The notes under the pieces are model-generated. The model made no database searches, had not been told where the DNA came from, and saw only the letters and a list, made by a program, of their open reading frames with translations. Of a stretch of 64,000 bases of DNA, positions 10,704 through 20,664 are shown in pieces; within the stretch, counting starts at the first letter, position 1; each line of letters begins with the position of its first letter. The stretch spans positions 704,001-768,000 of the forward strand of contig CAVOKF010000003.1 in NCBI GenBank assembly GCA_963696385.1, read 5' to 3'. Position numbers and translations under genes: made by a program. Source of the stretch: an uncultured delta proteobacterium. Its GTDB lineage: Bacteria > Myxococcota_A > Polyangia > Polyangiales > Polyangiaceae.

Positions 10704-11606
10704 TCACAGCGAGGCGACGATGAGCCCTTCGCCGGCCCCGCGAAGTGCGCTCTGAACGGCACCGTCCACGGCCTCGTCCTGCAAGCGCCGGCGGGCCTCT
10801 TCCGAGATCGCCGACCCGGGTCCGATGATTGTAGCGGAACCGGAAACGGTCCCCTTGAGCGTCTGGTCGCGGCGGACCGTGAACTCGACCTCGGCGTGCA
10901 CCTGCAGGGTCCCGCCGAACTGGGCCTCGATCAATTGGGTCACGTTGCCGTCGAGCGTGATGACGGGCAGGTGCCGGGCCGCCGCCTGGCGATGCAGCGT
11001 GACGTCGTCGCGAACCACCGTTATTCCCTGGAGGTTCCGAGCGTGCGCCCGCGCCGCATCCAATAGCACCCGCCGCAGCTCGTCGCCCCGGATGCCGCTC
11101 CCGTTTCGCATCGCTCCGAGGACCAAAACGCAACGTGCGTCGGCCGCCCGCCGATGCGGCGACGAATCGCCGCTCCGCCCGAGGGCCGATCCCCGCGCGC
11201 GAAGGGCACCGATGGCGTCACGGATTCGAATCTTCACGCTTTGCGCGGTCTCGCTCGAAAGACGTTGATCGAGCGCCGTCTCCGCCGTGGCATCTCCGAG
11301 AACTTCGAGTGCCTCTACGACTGCGACGCGTACGGCCGGATGCGGATCATCGAGGGCGCGTTCGAGCGATTCTCGTGCACCCGCGGGTCGCGCGCGCCCG
11401 AGCTGCAGCGCCGCGCTGACCCGTACCCTAAAGTCGTCCGAATGTGCGAGCTCGTGCAAAGCGATTGTCGGGTCGCCGGCTTGCGACACCGAGCTTTGGA
11501 AAATGGTCGCCAGCGCCAGCACGGCGCAGCGGGCGAAGCGAACGAGCTGCCGACGGCATGGAACGCCCACGTAAAATGGCCCTTCCGTGAATCGCGTCGG
11601 CGTCAC
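10704..11606 (-). CDS. HEAT-repeat domain protein, likely exported
   Basis: Signal-like stretch then HEAT-like repeats DDFRVRVSAALQLG and ALDDPHPAVRVAVVEALEVLG; start overlaps upstream stop (GTGA). Confidence 0.7.
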   Translation of the reverse strand: MTPTRFTEGPFYVGVPCRRQLVRFARCAVLALATIFQSSVSQAGDPTIALHELAHSDDFRVRVSAALQLGRARPAGARESLERALDDPHPAVRVAVVEALEVLGDATAETALDQRLSSETAQSVKIRIRDAIGALRARGSALGRSGDSSPHRRAADARCVLVLGAMRNGSGIRGDELRRVLLDAARAHARNLQGITVVRDDVTLHRQAAARHLPVITLDGNVTQLIEAQFGGTLQVHAEVEFTVRRDQTLKGTVSGSATIIGPGSAISEEARRRLQDEAVDGAVQSALRGAGEGLIVASL

Positions 11607-12146
11607 TCCGCCAAGAGGTCCATCACCTCTTTTTCGATCTCCCTATCGTCGCCGTCGCGGTACCCGACGTGCGCGTACCGAACAACCCCCCTGCGATCGA
11701 CGAGGAACGTCGAAGGCATCGTCTCCGGCTTGTATCGGCGGGCGATGGATTTGTCCTCGTCCCACGCGATCGTGAACTTGGCCCCGTAGGTCGAGGCGAA
11801 CGCCGCGATTTTGTCCTTATCGTCGGGCTCGTCCTCGCTGATGCCGACGATGTGCAACCCGCGTGCCGAGTACTTCGCATTCAGATCCTCGAGCTTCGGG
11901 AACGATCGCTTGCAGGGGCCGCAATACGTTCCCCAGGAAATCGACAATCACGACCCGGCCGCGAAGCGCGCTCAAGGAGAACGCCGTGCGCGTCCCCGCG
12001 ACGGGCTTGACGGTAAAGTTCGGCGCCGGGTCTCCGACGAGCCCGGAGTCGTACGTGCGCTCCGCCATTGACCCTGATTCGTAACCGCCGCCGCACGCAG
12101 CGAGCAGGCATGCGACGAGAACCACGATCGGCAAGTCGACTGTCAC
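11603..12146 (-). CDS. TlpA-family thiol-disulfide redoxin lipoprotein (+1 frameshift near 11936)
   Basis: Lipobox LLAAC and APNF...LRGRVVIVDF in one frame, WGTYCGPC...MPSTFLVDRRG in the other; removing one C from GATTTCCTGG gives DFWGTYCGPC. Confidence 0.88.
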
Positions 12147-12327
12147 GCTATCGTTATGAAACGGGACAGTTGGCGCGCGCTCAAGCTCCGCGCGCCGCGC
12201 AGGCGCCGATCGCTACGATGGTGTACGCGGCAAGATCACCCAGGCGACGGGGGAGCGTCGTCTCACGAGGCGCAAGCGCCATCGCGGCTGTCCCGCCGGG
12301 CGCTCGTATGGCCGGGCTCGCCAAAGC

Positions 12328-13485
12328 GTGATTGGCCACCGCTTCCGAACTGAACGGAGATACCATCCGCGCCGGGTGTTGGTCATTCGAGAGGGCCGCG
12401 TGCTCGGCTACCGGTTGCTCGACGTGGCCGACGAAATTGATCTCGCGGCCGCGCAGAAGGTGGTCCAAAGCAGCGCATCGCGCCGCGGCGCCCTTACACG
12501 CGAAGCGGCCTTGTCCCTCGTCATGTCGGCGCCTCCGTTGGAGGTGACGCTTGGAACGCACATCGTCAACCTTCCGCGGTCGAGCGCCCGCCTGGAGGCC
12601 GACGTTTCGGCGCGGCTTTTTGACTACGGAGCCGTCTCCGTTTGTTTCGATATCCCGATTGCGCCCGGGACGGAGCTATCCTCGCTCGTGCCTCTTTGCG
12701 ACGAGCTGTACGAGTCCACCGAGCTCGATCGCTGCGCGCAAGAGCTCATCCCGGGGTTGCTCGATCGGCTCGGCACCGCGGTGCACCAGCGACACCAATG
12801 GGGCGGGATCGAGACCTATACAATCGTATTTGTCCGACATTTTGACGGCCAGCCTCGCGCAACGGAGGTCCTCGCGTCACCGACGCTCGCCAGTCTCGTG
12901 GTCGGTGAGCCGCCAACGCGCCATTTGTCGGCGGGGCAGAGGCAGGACGTGCTACAGCATGCCCACAGCTATTTCGAAGACGACCTGGTGGTCGTCGACT
13001 GGAACAGCGCGTTCGTGCTGGAGCCGTCGGGTAGTCACGACGTCCCCGACATCCTCGAGCTCGCGACCTCGCAGCTGCTCGAGCTTCAGTACTACGATGG
13101 TCTATTCGATGCCGAGCTCGCGCGGGTGCATCGACAGTTCAGCGCCGCGCGCGGTGAGCGCTTTGGAGCTGGTTTCCGAAACCCGTGGGTCGAGCTGGGC
13201 CATGGGGTGGTTCGCCGACTCCTTGAACTGACGGAGTTCGCGGAGCGTGTGGACAATGCTCTCAAAGTGACAGGCGACTTCTACCTCGCGCGCGTTTATG
13301 AGAGCGCGGTTCGCCGCTTTCGCATTCGCGCCTGGCAGTCCAGTATCGACGCCAAACAGGCGCTACTGGCGCAGGCATACAATCTGGTCCGTGGAGAGAT
13401 CGACGCGCGCCGAAGCACCGTGCTCGAGCTCGTCGTGATCGCCCTCATCGTCCTCGAAGTGCTGCTCGCGATTGTCCGGCGGTGA
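12328..13485 (+). CDS. hypothetical protein with C-terminal TM helix (RMD1/DUF155-like, tentative)
   Basis: 385-aa ORF; FDYGAVS, ELATSQLLELQYYD and DFYLARVY stretches, terminal TM VLELVVIALIVLEVLLAIV. Confidence 0.65.
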   Translation: MIGHRFRTERRYHPRRVLVIREGRVLGYRLLDVADEIDLAAAQKVVQSSASRRGALTREAALSLVMSAPPLEVTLGTHIVNLPRSSARLEADVSARLFDYGAVSVCFDIPIAPGTELSSLVPLCDELYESTELDRCAQELIPGLLDRLGTAVHQRHQWGGIETYTIVFVRHFDGQPRATEVLASPTLASLVVGEPPTRHLSAGQRQDVLQHAHSYFEDDLVVVDWNSAFVLEPSGSHDVPDILELATSQLLELQYYDGLFDAELARVHRQFSAARGERFGAGFRNPWVELGHGVVRRLLELTEFAERVDNALKVTGDFYLARVYESAVRRFRIRAWQSSIDAKQALLAQAYNLVRGEIDARRSTVLELVVIALIVLEVLLAIVRR

Positions 13486-13525
13486 CCCTCCGTTCCCGTC
13501 GGACGTATTTTGCTAGCCCACGGCG

Positions 13526-14935
13526 TTATTCGACGTGAATGCAGAGCGTTGTCGCGGCGGCCCCACCCAGGACGTCGAACGCTCGGACCGAGGCCATATA
13601 TTTCCCCGGCCGTTCGTAGTGGTGCTCGAGCGACAACGCGAGCGGCTGTCGGCCCCGGCTCGGACGCCAGGCACTCGATCCCACGTGCAGGCGCCCGTCC
13701 CGGTGATCCCAGTCGACGCACCAGCCGTCGAGCCACTGGGACCAATGGGTCACGACATCGCGCGTGCCACCGGGAACTCTGTCCGGGGCCATGGCGAAAT
13801 CGACGATCCGGATCGTCACCGCGAGACCAGAAACGCACGCGTCCGCTCGCAAAGCGCCTTCGACCTGGGATCCCGAGACGATTCCGACATGTTGCACGAT
13901 CCACGGACGGGCACCGCGAACGGCGAGGAGACGTTTGCGCGCGACGTGGAGTGCGATCGGCGAGACGTCGCCGACGATCCATCTTCGGCCGAGTTTCTCC
14001 GCCACAACCGCGGTGGTTCCCGATCCGACGAAGCAGTCCACGACCCGGTCGCCGCGGTTCGACGAGGCTCGGATGATGCGCGCCACGAGAGCCTCGTTCT
14101 TCTGAGTCGGGTACCCAACCTTTTCGCCCGAGAAGGACACGATCTGGATGCTGTTCAAGCGGTCGGCCTCGCTGCCGTTCCATACGTCCTCCATGGGGTA
14201 ACCCGAGCCCCGAGGCGGCGAACCGTCACGCCGCACGTACCCGGGCGCATACGGAATCAACTCCTTGTGAAACGTCTTGGGCTTGCCGCCCTTCGCGTAG
14301 AATAGGACCGTGTCATGATTCCGAATCCAGCCGCGCGTCTGCGACTTGAAGCCGCTGACCCACCCGATGCGCCAGACGATCTCGCGTTGAAAAGCGTCGG
14401 CGCCGAAAATTTCGTCGAGCAGCACCTTGGCGTAGTGCCCGACGTGCGCGTCGAGATGGACGTAGAGGCTGCCGCCCTGGGCGAGTAACCGGTGCAGAAG
14501 CGTCGCGGTATCGGAAAACCAAGCCAGCCAAGCGTCGAGTCCACGGGCGTCCTCATAGGCATGCACGGCAACCCGCGAAGCGCCAGCCGGGGCCCCGGGA
14601 ATGGAGGCGAGAAAATCGAAGGTCTCGCCGGTGTCGAACGGCGGGTCGATGTAGACGAGGTCGATCTTCTCCGAGAGCTCGTCAACCAGCGCCGGAAGGG
14701 CCGATGCACTGTCGCCCAATACGAACCGATTGACCTCGGCCGATGTACCATCGCCGTACATTTCCACGGACTGAATCGGGAAACGAGGTCGCTCCGGCCG
14801 CCCTCGCGCGCGGCGCGGGATTTTTCCCTTCCAAACAAGCTCCGCCACAGTTCTTTCCTTTACCCCTAGCCGAGCCTCGTTGGGCTCGGCGAGCGGCTCG
14901 ATTGCTGGCGGAGATCCGCTACCGTTGGGCCGCAC
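13526..14935 (-). CDS. beta-class amino (N6A/N4C) DNA methyltransferase, type III Mod-like, no partner nuclease nearby
   Basis: Motif IV IDLVYIDPPF precedes motif I VVDCFVGSGTT; YPTQK; C-terminal PGKY...VRAFDVLG segment as in Mod-like proteins. Confidence 0.9.
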   Translation of the reverse strand: MRPNGSGSPPAIEPLAEPNEARLGVKERTVAELVWKGKIPRRARGRPERPRFPIQSVEMYGDGTSAEVNRFVLGDSASALPALVDELSEKIDLVYIDPPFDTGETFDFLASIPGAPAGASRVAVHAYEDARGLDAWLAWFSDTATLLHRLLAQGGSLYVHLDAHVGHYAKVLLDEIFGADAFQREIVWRIGWVSGFKSQTRGWIRNHDTVLFYAKGGKPKTFHKELIPYAPGYVRRDGSPPRGSGYPMEDVWNGSEADRLNSIQIVSFSGEKVGYPTQKNEALVARIIRASSNRGDRVVDCFVGSGTTAVVAEKLGRRWIVGDVSPIALHVARKRLLAVRGARPWIVQHVGIVSGSQVEGALRADACVSGLAVTIRIVDFAMAPDRVPGGTRDVVTHWSQWLDGWCVDWDHRDGRLHVGSSAWRPSRGRQPLALSLEHHYERPGKYMASVRAFDVLGGAAATTLCIHVE

Positions 14936-14964
14936 GGATTTACGGACAAGGACACCCGACAGCC

Positions 14965-16203
14965 ATGCCCCAGCCTTGTGTCTCTCTTAACGATGCGCGC
15001 GCCCGCTACGATGAGATGAAACGAGCCTCGGCTGCGCTCGATCTGACCCGCGGCAAGCCATCGCCCGAGCAGCTCGACCTCTCCAACTCGCTCACGACCA
15101 TTCTCGCGACGAACGACTACCGGGCCGCCGACGGCACCGACTGTCGCAACTACGGTGGCCTCGACGGATTGCCGGAGGCAAGCGCCCTGTTCGCCGGTAT
15201 TCTGGAGGTGGCCCCCGACCGAGTCATGACGGCAGGCAACTCGAGCCTCGCGCTGATGTACGAGACGCTTGCCCATGCCGTTCTTCACGGGGTTCCCGAT
15301 GGGACCCGTCCGTGGCGCGACGAGCACCCCCAATTTCTCTGCCCCTCGCCGGGCTACGACCGACACTTTTCGATTTGTGAGGATCTCGGAATCCAGATGA
15401 TTCCGGTCGGCATGAATGCGGACGGTCCCGATATGGACGCCATCGAGCGCCTGGCGGCCGAAAGCGAGCGTGTCAAGGGCATGTGGATTGTTCCGAAATA
15501 CGGGAACCCGACCGGAGTTACACTCCGTGCCGAAGTCGTCGAACGATTGGCACGAATGAATACCGCCGCGGCGGACTTCCGTGTCATGTGGGACAATGCC
15601 TACGCGGTTCACGACCTCACCGACACACCCGAGCCCTTGGCTGACTGCCTCGGGGCGGGCGAAGCGGCCGGACATCCGAACAGGTTCTGGATCTATACGT
15701 CGCTCTCCAAAGTTACCTTCGCCGGCGCGAGCATCTCGGCCATGGCTTCCGGCCCACATAACCTCGCGTGGATGCGCAAGCACCATGCGAACGTCACGAT
15801 CGGGCCGGACAAACTGAACCAGCTTCGCCACGTTCGCTTTCTGAAAAATGCCGACGGCGTCCGAGCGCACATGAGGCGCCATGCCGCGATTCTTCGACCC
15901 AAGTTCGACCTCGTGCAAGCCGTTCTGGAGCGCTATCTCGGCCAGACCGACTTCGCGACGTGGACGAAGCCGAAGGGCGGCTATTTCGTCAGCCTCGACA
16001 CGCGGCCAGGCCGCGCGGCTCGCGTCGTTGCAATGGCCGGCGACGCGGGCGTCAAGCTCACGCCGGCTGGTTCGGCGTTTCCGTACAAAAAGGACCCGTT
16101 GGACCGCAACATTCGCATCGCACCGAGCTTCCCGTCGTTGGGGGAGCTTGAGCGTGCGATCGAAGTGCTCGCCGTCTCGATCATTTGCGCAAGCGGCGAG
16201 TGA
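14965..16203 (+). CDS. PLP-dependent aminotransferase class I/II (aspartate aminotransferase-like)
   Basis: LDLTRGKPSPEQLDLS, PGYDRHF, WDNAY, SLSKVTFAG (PLP Lys), NIRIAPSFP. Confidence 0.92.
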   Translation: MPQPCVSLNDARARYDEMKRASAALDLTRGKPSPEQLDLSNSLTTILATNDYRAADGTDCRNYGGLDGLPEASALFAGILEVAPDRVMTAGNSSLALMYETLAHAVLHGVPDGTRPWRDEHPQFLCPSPGYDRHFSICEDLGIQMIPVGMNADGPDMDAIERLAAESERVKGMWIVPKYGNPTGVTLRAEVVERLARMNTAAADFRVMWDNAYAVHDLTDTPEPLADCLGAGEAAGHPNRFWIYTSLSKVTFAGASISAMASGPHNLAWMRKHHANVTIGPDKLNQLRHVRFLKNADGVRAHMRRHAAILRPKFDLVQAVLERYLGQTDFATWTKPKGGYFVSLDTRPGRAARVVAMAGDAGVKLTPAGSAFPYKKDPLDRNIRIAPSFPSLGELERAIEVLAVSIICASGE

Positions 16204-16214
16204 CGGGTCGCAAA

Positions 16215-16234
16215 CCTCGGCCCTCGGGGCCAGG
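16215..16234. terminator. GC-rich hairpin between convergent aminotransferase and sigma genes
   Basis: cct-c-ggccc-tcg-gggcc-agg stem-loop flanked by aaa on the left and attt on the right. Confidence 0.4.
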
Positions 16235-16237
16235 ATT

Positions 16238-17539
16238 TCACTTTCCGATGTACGAGCCGAGGTCCCGCTCCTCGGAAATCGCTCGCAGCTTCTTCAGCGC
16301 GGCGGCTTCGATCTGACGAACGCGCTCGCGCGACAAGTTGAACGACTTGCCCACTTCCTCGAGCGTTTGCCCGGGGCCGCCGTCCATTCCAAAGCGGAGG
16401 CGCAGAAGCTGCTGTTCGCGCGGGGTCAGATGTTCGAGCAGCGCTCGAGTCTGGACGTGCATGCGCTCGCGCGCCAGCTGTTCGTCCGGCGCGGGCGATC
16501 GCTGATCGGCCACGAGGTCACCAAGCTGGCCACCGTCGCCGTCGTCGCCCAACGGGGCCTCCAGGCGAAGCGGTTCGCGCACAAGCCCCCGAATGGCCCG
16601 AACCTTGTCGAGAGGCAGGCCGCTCTCCCTCGCGAGCTCTTCGTCCGTTGGCTCTCGACGCCCCTGCTGCGCCATCGTTCGACGTACACGCTCGAGCTTG
16701 TGACGACTCTCGAGCAAGTGAACCGGAACTCGAATGGTTTTGCTCTGATCGGCCAGAGCTCGTGCCATCGCTTGGCGTACCCACCACGCGGCATACGTCG
16801 AGAAACGATGCCCACGGCGCCAATCGAATTTCTCGACGGCCCGAATGAGGCCGAGCTGGCCCTCCTGCACGAGATCATGCATGTCGAGGCCCTGGCCCAC
16901 GAAACGACGCGCGTACGTGACGACGAGACCGAAGTTGGCGCCCACGAATTCGTGCACCGCGCGTTGCGCTTCGCGCCGGCCCCGAGCAAAAGCTCTCCGG
17001 GCCCGTTCGTCGGCAGCGCGGGAGCGAAGAGCACGTGCCATTCGATCGAAAAGCGAGCGCTCGAAGCGTTCCGCACCGAGCTCGTTCGCAACGCGCGCAC
17101 GCCGACGACGGCTCCGCTCACGAGTGGCCTCGTCGCTGGCCGTGCGCGCCGTAGCCGCGGAAGCCGCCCAATCCAGCAATCGCGCGAGTCGTTCGACGTT
17201 CGACGGTTCGTCGGCGTCCTCGGCCGCGTTTCGTACGAGCGCGGAGGGCACGATGCGCCCGTCTCTCAGCTCCACCGCAAGAGCTCGCAGTGGACCCGCG
17301 GCGTTAGCGCTGCCGAGCAGCGCCTCGAGCGCGTCGCGCTCACCGCCTTCGATGCGTTGAGAAAGCTGTACTTCTTCCTCGTGTGTCAACACCCGCCTTC
17401 GCGTAGAGCGGGGAGGAGAGGCGGACGCCGAAGGGTGCGCGTCGTTCGCGACGGTGACGTCGGCGAGAGTATCGAGCTCGAGGGGACCTTGGTCGAGGTC
17501 CTCTCGCGCGGGAACGAGGGCAGTGCTAGGTACGTTCAC
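16238..17539 (-). CDS. RpoD-like sigma-70 factor lacking region 1.1 (alternative group 1/2-type paralog)
   Basis: Region 2 DLVQEGQLGLIRAVEKFD...FSTYAAWWVRQA, TIRVPVH; region 4 TLEEVGKSFNLSRERVRQIE; start uncertain (ORF open to 17665). Confidence 0.92.
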   Translation of the reverse strand: MNVPSTALVPAREDLDQGPLELDTLADVTVANDAHPSASASPPRSTRRRVLTHEEEVQLSQRIEGGERDALEALLGSANAAGPLRALAVELRDGRIVPSALVRNAAEDADEPSNVERLARLLDWAASAATARTASDEATRERSRRRRARVANELGAERFERSLFDRMARALRSRAADERARRAFARGRREAQRAVHEFVGANFGLVVTYARRFVGQGLDMHDLVQEGQLGLIRAVEKFDWRRGHRFSTYAAWWVRQAMARALADQSKTIRVPVHLLESRHKLERVRRTMAQQGRREPTDEELARESGLPLDKVRAIRGLVREPLRLEAPLGDDGDGGQLGDLVADQRSPAPDEQLARERMHVQTRALLEHLTPREQQLLRLRFGMDGGPGQTLEEVGKSFNLSRERVRQIEAAALKKLRAISEERDLGSYIGK

Positions 17540-17706
17540 GGTCGGCTGCTGGGGGCGGGGGTTGGGTAAGATGCCGAGCGATTGAGTAGGGTCGCTCCTC
17601 TTGGCGAACAACCATTGCTCTCGCCCGGCTCTTCCCCAAGGGGGACGCCAAACCTTAAGCATCACGGGCGATTTGGCCAGGGAAATGTGGCGGCCAAAGA
17701 CTTACA

Positions 17707-17750
17707 CGCAGACTTCTCGCAGAAATCGCAGAAAATCGCAGAAAATGCAG
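17707..17750. repeat. tandem direct repeats TCGCAGAAA(A), about 10-bp period, upstream of the sigma factor
   Basis: cgcagacttc tcgcagaaa tcgcagaaaa tcgcagaaaa tgcag, in an intergenic region. Confidence 0.75.
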
Positions 17751-17793
17751 GCCGAGCTCGGGAAGACCCCCCTTTGTCCCGGGGCGCTCTACC

Positions 17794-19098
17794 TTAGGGT
17801 GACGACGCTGAGGGTGACGACGCTCGCTTCGTCACGATGAGATGCGCGTGACCGTCCCGATCCGGGTAGCCATACCGAAAAGCCAAGTCACGGGCGGGCT
17901 GTTGCGCGAATAAGATCTTGAAATCATTCGCGTCTTTGCTGTCTATTAGCCCAAATGGGGCCGGCCCAGCAAACCGGCCGTAGGTCTCTTGGGATAGCCC
18001 CGCGGCGTCGGCGAACCGCGGGGGAATGCCCGTCGAGTCGGAGACCATCCACACGAGGTGTTGGATGAGCCACGCGCGCACTCGAGAAAAATGGTCGCTC
18101 CACAGAAGATGGCTGGCGGCCTTGGTCATCGCCGACACCATTCCCTTCTGGCTCAGGTGCAACAAAAGCGCCGGGGTGGCCGCGAGGTGATCGTCGTCCA
18201 AATTGAAGGCAAGATGCCGCAGTATCCTCACAGGTCCAGCATCACCCGCGGGTCGAAACTGCAACTCGGCATCCTCGAACAGAGCACGCAAGGCTTTCGG
18301 ATGATGCGCCTGCGCAACAATGTCGGCTTGAGTGACGTATGCGACCGATCCGTCCGGCCGAAGCTGAAAATATCTAAGACTTACAGGCTCGTATCCATAA
18401 ATCACGAGCGCAGCAAGCGTGAACAGCAGCTCGCCGGGCAGGTCGGTCTTCGACTCTTTCTCGAGGTTGTCCGTACGGGAATGCGCCTTCTCGAGCAGCC
18501 GCTCCAAGTGAGCCCGGTGAACCGCAAGCTCGAGCCCAAGACGCTCCGGCGCCAGCGCGTCGATCGCCCGTACATCCCCTGCAGGCTCGAGCGAAATCGT
18601 CGTTATTTCGGTCGCTTCGGGAAAGGTTGCCAACGCGCTCGCCAAATCGCCGCCCCCGAATGGGTACACGACCGTGGCCGGAAGATCCTTCGGACGCAGC
18701 GAAGCCAGAAATGGCTCCGCAGCCGCCACCCAGGTCTTCCTGTATTCGTCGTAGGCGCGAGCAAGCTCCTCGCAGTGTCTCGTCACCAAGGCGACGTCGA
18801 AGCGCGATGGAACCTCGCCGTCAGCACCGCACGCTGCGAGCCGAAACAGAATACGGGCCTGTTCAATGAACTCAGCGCCTTGGGCGGCCGCGTCCGGTTC
18901 GTCGATCCCGCTCCGGGCGTCGAGGGCCGCGTCGTTCGAGGTCGTCGTGCGGGCGCTTGCCGCGAGCGAGCCGTCGCCGGCCTCCCTGTCCGCGGGCGAC
19001 GCGCTCGTGAGCGGGCCCACGGGCGGGGTGAGCTCCGGCGCGCCCGCACGAGCGCACGCGCAAACGAGAACCCCGAGGATGAGCGCCACGCGTTTCAT
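17794..19098 (-). CDS. hypothetical exported lipoprotein
   Basis: MKRVALILGVLVCAC signal; stretches VVYPFGGGD, SLEPAG, KAASHLLW, SDSTGIP, FRYGY; start overlaps the permease stop (ATGA). Confidence 0.8.
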   Translation of the reverse strand: MKRVALILGVLVCACARAGAPELTPPVGPLTSASPADREAGDGSLAASARTTTSNDAALDARSGIDEPDAAAQGAEFIEQARILFRLAACGADGEVPSRFDVALVTRHCEELARAYDEYRKTWVAAAEPFLASLRPKDLPATVVYPFGGGDLASALATFPEATEITTISLEPAGDVRAIDALAPERLGLELAVHRAHLERLLEKAHSRTDNLEKESKTDLPGELLFTLAALVIYGYEPVSLRYFQLRPDGSVAYVTQADIVAQAHHPKALRALFEDAELQFRPAGDAGPVRILRHLAFNLDDDHLAATPALLLHLSQKGMVSAMTKAASHLLWSDHFSRVRAWLIQHLVWMVSDSTGIPPRFADAAGLSQETYGRFAGPAPFGLIDSKDANDFKILFAQQPARDLAFRYGYPDRDGHAHLIVTKRASSPSASSP

Positions 19099-20505
19099 TG
19101 AGATCTCTCCTGAGCACGCATCCGCGCGCGGAAAAAAGCGTAGGCGGGAAGGCCGGTCGCGACGATTGCGGCGCCGATCAACGCTTCGCGCATGCCCCGC
19201 TCGAGCACGCTCGAGAGCACCCAAACGTTCATCGCAACGAACAGCGCGGGAGCCACCGGGTATCCGGGAACTCGGAACGGACGAGGCCAATCCGCCCGAC
19301 GAATGCGGAGTACAAAAACAGCCGCAACTGTCAGAGTCGAAAACGCGATGATCGCGAACATTGCGAAGGTAAGAAGCTGCTCGAACCGCCCACTGAAGAG
19401 CTCCGCGACCGCCACGATGGCTTGGACTGCGAGAGCGACGATAGGAACGCGCGCCGGGCCGTGCACCCGTCCGAGCGGGCCAAAGAATAAACCGTCAGCG
19501 GCCATGGCGTGATAGAGCCGCGGCCCCACGAGCACCGTCGCCTGAAGGGAACTCAAGATGCATAGCGCGACGAGCGGCGCGAGCAGGCCTGCGGCAAGTG
19601 CCCCCCCGAGCCGCGACGCCGTGACGCGAGCCGGATCGGTGGTTTGGCGGAGCTCCGCAACGGGCAATGCGCGCAAATATGTGGCGTTGACCAGGACATA
19701 CAGCAGAATGCAAGTGGCGGTGCCGACGGCGAGCCCCCACCCTAGACTCCGAGCCGGATCCCGCATCTCGCCCGTGATGTACGTCGCCGCGTTCCAACCG
19801 CTGTACGCGAAAAGGACGGGGATCAGGGCGACGGCCATACCGGCCGGGTGACCGGTCCCGAGGCTTTGGTGCATGCCGGGCACGAGCACGGGGCGCGCAA
19901 GCAGGCCGAGTCCGAGCAAGAATCGCAAACGCGGCGAGCTTCGTGGCGGTGAGTGCGTTGAGAATGACTCTGCCAGGTTGCAGACCGAATGCGTTGAGGA
20001 GGGTCAGGCCGCCAATCGCAAACGTCCCAATCGCCGTCGATGCGGATGGCCCGAGGTCGCACATCCCGGCGACGCTGTTTCCGAAACCGGAAGCCAGCGC
20101 CGCGATGGATCCAGGAAACGCGATCCAGAAACTCGTCCAGCCGCTCAGAAACCCGATTGGAGAGCCATAAGCTTCCGTCAGATACACATATTCCCCCCCC
20201 GAGCGCGGGAACATCCCACCAAGTTCGCCATTGCTCAATGCCCCGGACAGGGCAATTGCGCCCCCAATGATCCAGGTCCCGATGAACGCGGCCGGCGAAC
20301 TCACGTCGGCCGCAACGAATGGACTCACGAGAAAAATCCCGGCGCCCACGATGCTCCCCACCACGAGAAGCGACGCGTCGACCACGCCGAAGCCACGCCT
20401 CGCCGGGTCTCCGTGGTTCGACGGAGAGAGCGGCTCGAGCGGTGGAACGTGGCGATCCGAAGCGTCTTGACGGTTCGAACCGCTCGAAGGGATGAAGAAG
20501 CGCAC
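19095..20505 (-). CDS. APC-family amino acid permease (+1 frameshift near 19922)
   Basis: GSIVGAGIF, ELGGMFPRSGGEYVYL in one frame; FAYSGWNAATYITGE, RPFRVPGYP in the other; start position approximate. Confidence 0.88.
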
Positions 20506-20664
20506 CCAGCGCGAAGTACACGAAGTCGCTGAGACCCACAAAAAAGCGGACTCCCGGGTCGTGCGCACGTCCGCATCGGCCAATCGAACGAGCTTTCCGG
20601 GGAGAGATGCCGGTAGCGCAAATCGGGCGCGCTCGGTCCGGTCCGGACTAAGATGGGCTGAACC

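Noticed and set aside
15881..17569. 562-aa plus-strand ORF
   Set aside because: Antisense shadow of the sigma factor; long stop-free shadow frames are expected in high-GC DNA and it has no motifs.
17707..17750. Repeats as a CRISPR array or iterons
   Set aside because: Units are about 10 bp with no spacers, and no cas or rep genes are present.
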